A DNA stretch of 64,000 nt from Candidatus Woesearchaeota archaeon (lineage in GTDB: Archaea > Nanobdellota > Nanobdellia > Pacearchaeales > GW2011-AR1): the NCBI GenBank assembly GCA_964466575.1, contig CAYXNP010000002.1:30913-94912 (forward strand). The letters are read 5' to 3'. Every line of letters begins with the position of its first letter. Position 1 is the stretch's first letter. Under the pieces are notes generated by a model that saw nothing but the letters and a program-made list of their open reading frames with translations, was not told the DNA's origin and made no database searches. This document shows, one piece after another, positions 56,232 to 64,000 of this stretch. The translations under genes were made by a program, and so were the position numbers.

Positions 56232-58118
56232 TTAATTTTTGTATTTTCTAAGATAAATAAGTAAGAAGATAATTCCAAAAATACTTAATAAAATTCCAAT
56301 CATTTCTTCAATAGTCTTGCTTTGGTAAAAAATTATCCCTTTTGAATCTGAAGGCGGATTGATATACATGAATCCAAGATTAGTTTTATGAATTTCAAGA
56401 TTTTTCCCAGATTCTAAATCTTTTGCTTTCCATGTTTTATGATAAAATTCCTTAAATAAAACTGCATCGTTTTCATCAACAGAATCGTATTTTACTATAA
56501 CTTTGTCTGGATTTTCTCTTTCCCATTCGAAAGCTTTTTCTTTTCCAAATAAATCATCGTCGAGATAATCCACTAAAGAAATAATTTGTTTTGCTTCTAA
56601 ATATTCAAATAAAGTGAAGGCGTAACCATTTAAAGAAAACTTAAGTATAATTTTAAATCTTGCATCATTCTCAAATTTACCCATAGAGTCACTAGTTGTT
56701 CCTTCAAAATATTTTATTCCAAACCAGTCTAAATAATAAATAGATTTATTGATATCTTCTGAATTCCAAATAGCATCAAGAAAATCGCGATGAGTTTGTA
56801 AATTCAACATCCCTGCATCTTGATAACCAAAATTATGTGATACATGGGGCATGAAATAATTAATTGTTTCTCCAAAAACATATCTTGAAGTCCCAAACCT
56901 ATAATTTGAAAACTCGTTTTGCAAAGGAAAATTTTTGTCATTTATTACCTCTTGTATAATTTCGTATCTACTGTTTTCCCCATAATAAGAAAAACTCTCA
57001 AAATTCTTATTTATTATTGTAAAATTCCATAATAATCCAATAAACAAAATCAAAAATAATCCTACGAGCAAATATTTATTTTCAAATAATTTTGTTTTGT
57101 AGATTGTTAATCCTAAAAATATTGATAAAAAAATAGAAAATGGCAAAACAAATCTAACTGGGTCAACTCCGAAAGGATAATGGTTTCCTAATTTTCCTAA
57201 AAGCAAAAATCCGAGGATAAAGACAGCTAATAAAGAGAATAATATTAATTTATTATTCCAACATTTTTTAAAAGATAAAATAAATAAAGCAGGAATAAAT
57301 AAAAATGCCAACACTCCAATTCCGCCTGCTTGCAGCCCCCAACAACACTCGCCAAACCCAAATAAGAATGAAAAATCTGGAGCATAGCCCTCATACCCTG
57401 CCGATGAGTTAGAGTAAAACAAAAAAGGAATAAACCAAAATGAAGAGAGTAAAATTGGAATAGCGCCGTATAAAAATATTTTCTTAATATTAATCCAATT
57501 TATACCTTCAAAAAGAAATCTTAAGAACATTAGAACGCCGATTAAAAATCCGACGATAAAATGTATAAGAATTCCGGCTGTAAAGATTAAACAAAAAAAG
57601 ACAAAATCAATTCTTTTATTCTCTTTTATAGATTTTTCAAGAAAATATAATGAAAAGGGAATTGTCCATAACGCAAAAAAATAAGGCAGGTTGCCTGTGC
57701 TTATCCAATAATATGAAATGCTCAAAACAGTTAGATAACTAAGCCCGCTAAACAAAGATACTTTTTCGTCTTGGGTTTTATATCTAATAAAAAAATAAAT
57801 TCCTATCGATGTTAGGTATATGCTCAAGAAACTGAGAAAGTTTGCTGCAAAAAAAGTGTTTGGGAATAGGGCAGTTAAATAATAAAATAAAGGAGGATAT
57901 AATTTTAAGAATAAAGTTCCAGAATACCACGACATGTCCCAGTCAGCAAATGGGTAGAGTTTGAGGTAAGAAACTTTGCTTAAATGCCCTAACGTATCCA
58001 ATCCTAATGGCTGGTTGCTCAACAAAGGTTTGTAAAATAAAAATAAAGACACAAATAATATTATTAAAATCGAAAATAATTTTTTATTCATCTTTAAATG
58101 TCCATAATTTATTTCCAA
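56232..58118 (-). CDS. Large polytopic membrane protein, possibly a GT-C/YfhO-like glycan transferase or polymerase.
   Basis: About 14 TM helices and a C-terminal soluble domain. No WWDYG motif is present. Confidence 0.35.
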   Translation of the reverse strand: MEINYGHLKMNKKLFSILIILFVSLFLFYKPLLSNQPLGLDTLGHLSKVSYLKLYPFADWDMSWYSGTLFLKLYPPLFYYLTALFPNTFFAANFLSFLSIYLTSIGIYFFIRYKTQDEKVSLFSGLSYLTVLSISYYWISTGNLPYFFALWTIPFSLYFLEKSIKENKRIDFVFFCLIFTAGILIHFIVGFLIGVLMFLRFLFEGINWINIKKIFLYGAIPILLSSFWFIPFLFYSNSSAGYEGYAPDFSFLFGFGECCWGLQAGGIGVLAFLFIPALFILSFKKCWNNKLILFSLLAVFILGFLLLGKLGNHYPFGVDPVRFVLPFSIFLSIFLGLTIYKTKLFENKYLLVGLFLILFIGLLWNFTIINKNFESFSYYGENSRYEIIQEVINDKNFPLQNEFSNYRFGTSRYVFGETINYFMPHVSHNFGYQDAGMLNLQTHRDFLDAIWNSEDINKSIYYLDWFGIKYFEGTTSDSMGKFENDARFKIILKFSLNGYAFTLFEYLEAKQIISLVDYLDDDLFGKEKAFEWERENPDKVIVKYDSVDENDAVLFKEFYHKTWKAKDLESGKNLEIHKTNLGFMYINPPSDSKGIIFYQSKTIEEMIGILLSIFGIIFLLIYLRKYKN

Positions 58119-58488
58119 TGAAATTTATCATTAAAGTTATTGCTATCGCTATAAGTTGAGATATCATATACCATAATCCAATAAATTCTGTAAAAACATA
58201 TAAGAAAAATAAATTTGAAATCGCGGCCGTAATACTAACAATAAAAAATTTAGAATATTTCTTGGTAGTTTTATACCTTATATCTTTTCTAAATGTCCAT
58301 AGGGTATTTAGAATAAAACTATTTGTAACTGCAACTAAGAATGCAAATAAGGAAGATAAAATATACCAAATAGAAAAAAATTCTGTAAGAACATAAAGAA
58401 CCAGTAAATGAATAATAGTGTTCATAGCTCCAACCACAGAGAATTTAAGGAATTCTTGGGTTATTCTGAAATTTGGTATTTTTATCAT
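58084..58488 (-). CDS. GtrA-family small membrane protein.
   Basis: FLKFSVVGAMNTIIHLLVLYVL...NTLWTF, four TM helices and 134 aa. Confidence 0.7.
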   Translation of the reverse strand: MIKIPNFRITQEFLKFSVVGAMNTIIHLLVLYVLTEFFSIWYILSSLFAFLVAVTNSFILNTLWTFRKDIRYKTTKKYSKFFIVSITAAISNLFFLYVFTEFIGLWYMISQLIAIAITLMINFIGNKLWTFKDE

Positions 58489-58612
58489 TATAATACATTA
58501 ACAATTTATACTTATTAACTTTATCTAATTTAGTCTTTAATAAAATCAAAAAGTTAAAATACTATATATATTTATAAAAAATTGTAAAGAAATAAAGATA
58601 TTTTAAAATAAA

Positions 58613-59695
58613 ATGATTCAAATAAAAAAAGAGGATTTAGTGGGAATATTATTTATTGGAATAGTCATCTTTTTATTGGGCTTTTATTATTTTAGTTTTT
58701 ATAGAATAGACCAAGAGATTTCCCGAATGAATAATGAGAATATTTTAATTGAAGGAAATAAAGTTGATTTAGATTCCATGACTTTGAGACAAAAAATTGC
58801 GCAGATGATAATGGTGAGAGGGGATGAAAAAGATTTAAGATTTAATAATTTAAATGTTGGAGGAATTTTTTTAGACAGGCAAGGAACAGAAGAGAGATAT
58901 AAAAAATTAATTAATGATTATCAAAGTAATTCTAAAATTAAACTTCTTGTTGCAACTGATTTGGAAGGGGCTTGGTCGCCTTTTTATAATTCTCCAGAAA
59001 GTCAATTGTCTCCTTATTTTTCAGAGGTTGAAACTATTCAAGAAGCGAATGAAATAGGAATAGAGCACGGAGAAATATTAAAGGAAATTGGATTTAACTT
59101 GAATTTTGCTCCTGTTTCTGAATTGAAAGATGATGTTTATGGAGGAAGAACTTTTGCTGGAACAAATGAAGAAATTGAAAATAAGATTGAAGCATATATT
59201 GGCGGTTTGCAGAAAAATGTTCTGGGAACATGCAAGCATTATCCTGGAAAAGCGCTGGAGGAAAATTTGCATTATCAGAAAGACACAGTAACAATAACAA
59301 AAGAAGATCTTGATTTGTTTGATATTTGTTTAGAAAATAATATTTCTGCAATAATGATTAGTCATCAAATCGCTGAGGGAGAATTAAATTCTAATGGAAA
59401 ACCTTCGAGTGTTTCAAAAGAAGTAATTTCGAGTATTGATGAGCCTGTTTTAATTGTTGCTGATGAGATTAATATGAGGGCATTGAAGGATTTTTACCCT
59501 GAGAGAAAAATAATGTATATTGATTTAATTAACGCTGGAGAGAATTTGATTCTTGATTTTCAATTAAGTTCATTTGAAACTTATAGATTGATTAAAAATA
59601 TTGAGAAAGAAGTTGATAAGGGAAGTATTGATGAAAAACTAATTGATGAAAGTGTTAGGAGAGTTTTAATTGCGAAGGGCTATGAAGTGGGGTGA
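58613..59695 (+). CDS. GH3 N-terminal-domain beta-N-acetylhexosaminidase (NagZ-like) with an N-terminal TM anchor.
   Basis: LRQKIAQMIMV, VATDLEG and KHYPG (KHFPGHG in NagZ) are the conserved elements. Confidence 0.65.
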   Translation: MIQIKKEDLVGILFIGIVIFLLGFYYFSFYRIDQEISRMNNENILIEGNKVDLDSMTLRQKIAQMIMVRGDEKDLRFNNLNVGGIFLDRQGTEERYKKLINDYQSNSKIKLLVATDLEGAWSPFYNSPESQLSPYFSEVETIQEANEIGIEHGEILKEIGFNLNFAPVSELKDDVYGGRTFAGTNEEIENKIEAYIGGLQKNVLGTCKHYPGKALEENLHYQKDTVTITKEDLDLFDICLENNISAIMISHQIAEGELNSNGKPSSVSKEVISSIDEPVLIVADEINMRALKDFYPERKIMYIDLINAGENLILDFQLSSFETYRLIKNIEKEVDKGSIDEKLIDESVRRVLIAKGYEVG

Positions 59696-59764
59696 GAAAA
59701 AGTTGAAGTTGGAAAATGAAAACTAAACCGACAGATCTAAAAATATTGTATTCTAATTTAGCGT

Positions 59765-60187
59765 ATGAATAACAAGGAATTAGGAAATATGGGAGAAAAA
59801 GAAATCGTTAGTTTAGTTGCTTGTCCTAATTGTAAAAACAAACTCATGCGACTTCCTCTTAATTATCCCCTTGTAGATATTCAATGTAGCGCTTGTTATT
59901 TTAGGGCACAAGTAAAGACAGTGAATTCTTCTCCAAAAAATATCTCTTTTGGTGCTGGATGGGAAATAATGAATAAAGTTTTGAAATCTGGGTATATGGT
60001 TCCGCCGACTTTTTTTAATTTTAAATGGAATGATGGAAAAAGTCAAGAAATAAGGTTTTATCCATTCATACCAAGAATTAATTTAAGAAAATATCAACTT
60101 TCAAAAAAAGCAAGAAGAGCCAATTACAAAATGTTTCATTATATAGGTTTAGATGACTTACCATTTTTTATAGTTTTCGAGAAATAA
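59765..60187 (+). CDS. Hypothetical protein with a Zn-ribbon (CPNC...CSAC).
   Basis: The ORF and its four-Cys motif. Confidence 0.3.
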   Translation: MNNKELGNMGEKEIVSLVACPNCKNKLMRLPLNYPLVDIQCSACYFRAQVKTVNSSPKNISFGAGWEIMNKVLKSGYMVPPTFFNFKWNDGKSQEIRFYPFIPRINLRKYQLSKKARRANYKMFHYIGLDDLPFFIVFEK

Positions 60188-60272
60188 TCACAACAGCACT
60201 CCCTATTCATCTTTTCGTCAATACATTTTTAAATATCATAATCTTTAAATAATAAGAAAAGAGGGAAGCATC

Positions 60273-60524
60273 ATGGAACAAAATTTACAAGAAATGTCTG
60301 TTTTGAGAAACTTTGAAAAAGATAGTGAATGGTTCCATAAAAATATAAATAAATTGAGGGAAGAGGGTTTTGAAGGGAAATTTGTGGCTGTAAAGAATTC
60401 TAAAACTCTTGCTTCTGATAAAAACGTGGATTTATTAATTAATGAAATAGAAAAAAAGGGAGAGAATCCCTCTTATGTCTTTATAGAATTTGTACATCCA
60501 GAAGGCTTCACTTTAATTCTTTAA
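60273..60524 (+). CDS. Small hypothetical protein, probably the partner of the downstream protease.
   Basis: It lies 1 nt upstream of the next gene. Confidence 0.35.
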   Translation: MEQNLQEMSVLRNFEKDSEWFHKNINKLREEGFEGKFVAVKNSKTLASDKNVDLLINEIEKKGENPSYVFIEFVHPEGFTLIL

Positions 60525-60525
60525 A

Positions 60526-60960
60526 ATGAAAAGAATTCCATTGGAAGTTTATGAATTTGCAGGAGATTTAAGAGTAATGGCTCATTTTATTCTAAGAGTG
60601 AAAGAGCTTTCAAGATTTGTTCCGATAAATGCTATTGTTGATACTGGCAGTCCGATAACTCTTATCGGTCCTTTAGATACGAAGAAGATGAGAATTTCTA
60701 AAATACAACTTAAAAAATTAGATGGAAGACACAAACCTGTTAACATTGGCGGTGAAAAAATACAAACTAAAATAATTGAAAAATCAAAATTAAAGTTTGG
60801 AAATGAATTTGAAGTAGAAATGCCTGTAGAAATTCCAATAGAAGATGATGATAATCCAACTCAACCAAGTCTTTTAGGTGTTGATTTTATGTTGAAAACT
60901 AAAGCAAAATTATTTTTTGATCCAGATAAAAGAGAAGCTTATTTTGAAATAGGAGATTAA
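60526..60960 (+). CDS. Retropepsin-like (clan AA) aspartyl protease.
   Basis: INAIVDTGSPITLIG is the DTGS catalytic motif. The protein is 144 aa. Confidence 0.6.
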   Translation: MKRIPLEVYEFAGDLRVMAHFILRVKELSRFVPINAIVDTGSPITLIGPLDTKKMRISKIQLKKLDGRHKPVNIGGEKIQTKIIEKSKLKFGNEFEVEMPVEIPIEDDDNPTQPSLLGVDFMLKTKAKLFFDPDKREAYFEIGD

Positions 60961-62088
60961 TCACAACAGCACTCTTCCTTTCAATAAACTTTCGTAAGCG
61001 AGAATATACATTCCTGCGTTCCAAGCTTGATTGCCTTCCTGGCTGCCGGCATGGGACTTTCCTGGTCTTCCTGTTTTTCCATTAAGCCATTCACCGAAAT
61101 TTGATTTTATGTTTGCTTTTGCAAGCTGTTCCAATTGCTTTTCTGCTTCTTTGATGTTATTGTTTTTTATTAAACACAAAATGTAAAATCCGCCGATAAA
61201 AGTCCAGATTCCCGCGTTGCTGTAATGAAAGGGTTTACCTGCTTCTGAATCCAAAAAATAATCCTGCCAGTCTTTGCTTTTAGGAATTATTGGGGGAAAA
61301 ATTGCTTTTACCGGATATGGTTTATCAATTCTTTTTTCTTTAACATGAGATAAAATTCTTTTTGTTTGTGATTCATCAGCTAAACCAAATAATATTGCTA
61401 AGAAATTTCCCAACGATTCAAACCATTCACCTTTTTCGTGGTAAGTATTATGATTTTTCCAACGCCAAGGTAAATAGTAACCTTTGCTTGCGTCCCACAA
61501 ACCATCGTCTTTGTCTTCGTTGACCATCGCTTTTAGTTTTTGAGACTTGGATGTTTGTCCTGTAATTTTTAAAACATAATAGTAAAGTGCGTTTGTGTTT
61601 ATTGTATGCCCATAACGATGCGGAAATGCGTCAAACCAATCTGATGTCGGCAGCTGCTCAAGCATTCCATCTTCACCCATATCTTGATAACTAAGCCATG
61701 TCAATGCTTTTTTTATTTCAGCAGAATATTTTCTTTCCATAGAACCATCGTTGAATCTTTTTTTGTAAATGTAATGCCCTATTATGAACCATAAAGTTGA
61801 ATCAATTGACTTAAAATCTACATGGGGTTTTCGTTTTGAGAATTTGTCAACAGCGTTGGGAATCTGCCCGTTTTCTGATTGATTAGAAGAAAGAGTTATC
61901 AATGATTGCTTAAATGTTTCCTGGAAATTTTTGTCAAGAAGACTTGCTCCTAATGAAGTTATCATTGAATCCCTGCTCCAGACAGCGTCGTAACCTGGAT
62001 GAGCTGCGAAAAATCCGTTTTTAGTTTTGCATAATTCCAGTACTTCGTTTGCTTTCGCATACGCATCTTCAATTACTTCTTTCTTCAT
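60961..62088 (-). CDS. (alpha/alpha)6-barrel glycoside hydrolase, in the GH15/GH63/amylo-1,6-glucosidase-like group.
   Basis: GFFAAHPGYDAVWSRDSMIT resembles the substrate-binding region of six-hairpin glycosidases. The assignment is tentative. Confidence 0.45.
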   Translation of the reverse strand: MKKEVIEDAYAKANEVLELCKTKNGFFAAHPGYDAVWSRDSMITSLGASLLDKNFQETFKQSLITLSSNQSENGQIPNAVDKFSKRKPHVDFKSIDSTLWFIIGHYIYKKRFNDGSMERKYSAEIKKALTWLSYQDMGEDGMLEQLPTSDWFDAFPHRYGHTINTNALYYYVLKITGQTSKSQKLKAMVNEDKDDGLWDASKGYYLPWRWKNHNTYHEKGEWFESLGNFLAILFGLADESQTKRILSHVKEKRIDKPYPVKAIFPPIIPKSKDWQDYFLDSEAGKPFHYSNAGIWTFIGGFYILCLIKNNNIKEAEKQLEQLAKANIKSNFGEWLNGKTGRPGKSHAGSQEGNQAWNAGMYILAYESLLKGRVLL

Positions 62089-62344
62089 TATTTAAGGAAA
62101 GAGAGAGTGTATTAAAATGTTTTGTTAGTGTGTTAAAACAAACTGATGATGTAATCTTAATATAAATATTGCACATCTCGCGTCCATGTTTTGCTATTAA
62201 TGTTCAAGATTGTCAAAACATAAACACTCGTCCAAAGTTGTGTTATTAACTATTAATTAATCTGCGACTGGAAGAGCAACAAATTATAAGATTAAGAAAA
62301 ATATTTATAAAATTATTTATTTGAAATAATGTAAATAATAAATG

Positions 62345-62791
62345 TTAAATCTTTATCCTCTCATCTTTTATAGTTTTTAGAATTAAAGCTGTGACTGTTC
62401 TTTGAACGAAGTCGTATGTCTGCATTCTTTTTATGAAAATATCTAATTCTCTTCGGCTTTTGAATCGCGCAATTACTAAAACATCGAATTCTCCAGTCGT
62501 GTCATATATAGCCATAACATTAGAATCACTTTTTAATCTGTTTTCCACTTCAGACTCCTGACCCTTGGAAACCCTAATCATAATCAACACGTGAATGTCA
62601 TATCCAAGTTTGTCATAATCGACTCTTGTCGTGAATTGGTTTATGATTTTTTCTTTTTTGAATTGCTTCAATCTTTTTGCGATTGTTACTATGCTGACTT
62701 TTGTATTCTTTGCTAAACTTCTATAGGACTGCCTGGAATTTTCTATCAACTCGTTAAGAATTCTCCTTCCGGTTTCGTCCATTTCATACAT
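62345..62791 (-). CDS. Lrp/AsnC-family transcriptional regulator.
   Basis: The N-terminal HTH (RQSYRSLAKNTKVSIVTIAKRL) is followed by a RAM domain, 148 aa in all. Confidence 0.8.
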   Translation of the reverse strand: MYEMDETGRRILNELIENSRQSYRSLAKNTKVSIVTIAKRLKQFKKEKIINQFTTRVDYDKLGYDIHVLIMIRVSKGQESEVENRLKSDSNVMAIYDTTGEFDVLVIARFKSRRELDIFIKRMQTYDFVQRTVTALILKTIKDERIKI

Positions 62792-62911
62792 ATTAATATA
62801 ACTAAATAAATGTTTTCATTAAAAAGGTTAACAAGTATTTAATATTTTCTATTTTCGTTATCATTCGTTAACTAAAAGACAAGCAAAGTATATATAGTAT
62901 TAAGTGCGTTA

Positions 62912-63223
62912 TTGGGTATGGTGGCTGCAGCATTAAAAACTGAAGAAGATTACCGAAATATTTCTAGAAGCCGTTTGGAAAGATATGAGGCATTTATTCC
63001 TGATTATAGAGAAGTTCCTGAAGATATGCAGGAGCCAATTCATAGGCTGACTTATTTTATAATCAATGGGAGTTTTCATTCTGCATTGGAAATTGCGTTA
63101 GAAAATAATTTCAGCCATGACTTAATAACTAAATTAAAAAGAGAGTGCAGTTTTTCTCCCGATATAGAAAGAAAAGAAAGAAGAAGTATTTGGAGAAGAG
63201 GAGGACATGATGCCATTGAATGA
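62912..63223 (+). CDS. Hypothetical protein.
   Basis: The ORF only. Confidence 0.3.
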   Translation: MGMVAAALKTEEDYRNISRSRLERYEAFIPDYREVPEDMQEPIHRLTYFIINGSFHSALEIALENNFSHDLITKLKRECSFSPDIERKERRSIWRRGGHDAIE

Positions 63224-63482
63224 AAGACAAAGGGTGGAAAGAATAAAGAAAAGAATAGAAAGTGGTGGGTTAAAGTTAAGACAGCTTGAAGATTCAGGAC
63301 ATTCAAATTATGGAGAGTACCACATAGCAAAAAGGGAATTTGATGACGCAAGAAAAGATATGGAAAGATTTCTTAGAACTGTAAAAAGCAGCGACATAAG
63401 AGCAGAATATTCAAAATATACACCAAGAAAATTCGCAGCGAGAATTTTGCATACAACATTAGAAACTATAGGGTTGTATTAA
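63207..63482 (+). CDS. Hypothetical protein.
   Basis: The ORF only. Confidence 0.3.
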   Translation: MMPLNERQRVERIKKRIESGGLKLRQLEDSGHSNYGEYHIAKREFDDARKDMERFLRTVKSSDIRAEYSKYTPRKFAARILHTTLETIGLY

Positions 63483-63529
63483 AAAGTGATACTATTTTGA
63501 AGTTTATTCGTTTTTAAAGAATATTGTTG

Positions 63530-64000
63530 TTAATTAAACTTAATCAATTTATAATCATCAAATTCAACATCCATGAAGTCTGTTCTTATTCCAGTATAAC
63601 CGCTTGATAAAATTGGATACCCTTGACTTTTTTTGTAATCTCTTGCTTCCAGAATCAAAATCCAATTATTATTTTTATTTTCATCCATATAAAGTTTAAT
63701 AATTGATTCTCCATTAACGTTTTTAACTTCGCTCCGAATGCCAATCCATTTATCTTTTGGAAGTAAATTAGGATTTAAGCCTCTGTCATAAACTCCAGGA
63801 AATATCTTTTTTGAAGATAAAGTATAATACGTTCCAAAATATTTCTTTTTTATTATAGCTGTTCCATCAGTTCGGACTCCAGCATAATAAAAATTATTTC
63901 CATCTAAGTAGCGGCTCATTAAAAGAATTCCATTATATCCGTCGCGATTTGGGCTTAAGCTTAATTGATCCCTATTAATTTTAAAATAAACTGTCTGTTG
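63530..64000 (-). CDS. Hypothetical beta-rich (LamG/DUF1080-like?) protein whose N-terminus is truncated at the window edge.
   Basis: The minus-strand reading frame stays open upstream of the annotated Met all the way to position 64000. Confidence 0.35.
   Translation of the reverse strand, partial: QQTVYFKINRDQLSLSPNRDGYNGILLMSRYLDGNNFYYAGVRTDGTAIIKKKYFGTYYTLSSKKIFPGVYDRGLNPNLLPKDKWIGIRSEVKNVNGESIIKLYMDENKNNNWILILEARDYKKSQGYPILSSGYTGIRTDFMDVEFDDYKLIKFN

Overview
The 64-kb window is AT-rich (about 30% GC by eye) and almost certainly archaeal. It encodes an STT3/AglB oligosaccharyltransferase with the WWDYG motif and an Alg7/AglH-type GlcNAc-1-P transferase with an NGLE motif, and it carries TATA-like boxes about 25 nt upstream of start codons, consistent with leaderless transcripts. 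There is essentially no non-coding space except a 1.5-kb stretch at 35.8-37.4 kb. Four blocks are visible. (1) 0-28 kb: a glycan biosynthesis and tailoring island unusually dense in radical SAM enzymes. It holds nine CxxxCxxC proteins: six cobalamin-binding class B, two SPASM-type and one GT2-radical SAM fusion. It also holds GT2, GT4 and GT9 transferases, a split TPP-dependent E1 alpha/beta pair, a cytidylyltransferase, methyltransferases, a sulfotransferase, a CE4 deacetylase, a truncated pyruvate-kinase-like barrel protein, a housekeeping purM, and a secreted FGE-domain protein with a Pro/Thr-rich linker and a dockerin-like end. (2) 28.3-35.9 kb: a tightly coupled, defense-like operon that I cannot assign to any named system. 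Its core is ParB-like, small PD-(D/E)xK, compact SNF2 helicase and a second ParB-like gene, followed by a radical SAM gene and preceded by a Cas4-like nuclease and an AbrB-nucleotidyltransferase fusion. This is the candidate novel system. (3) 35.9-37.4 kb: a junction region with a small SD-driven membrane peptide and a toxin/antitoxin-like pair bracketed by a 30-bp direct repeat whose downstream copy supplies the 3' end of a small Zn-ribbon ORF, as expected after insertion of a cassette. A DEAD-box helicase with an RGG/SRGN tail follows. (4) 39-49 kb: a canonical agl N-glycosylation cluster (GT4, DPM-like GT2, PMT-like GT-C, AglP-like methyltransferase, GT2, flippase, AglH, AglB). The tail of the window carries a CPA2 antiporter, an amino-sugar salvage set (GH130, NagB, LmbE, GH3 NagZ-like, GtrA, GT4), hicBA, a retropepsin-like protease pair and an Lrp regulator. 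No rRNA or CRISPR array was found, and the intergenic regions examined by eye contained no tRNA-like sequence. All calls rest on motif reading of the supplied translations and my own manual translations; no database search was possible.
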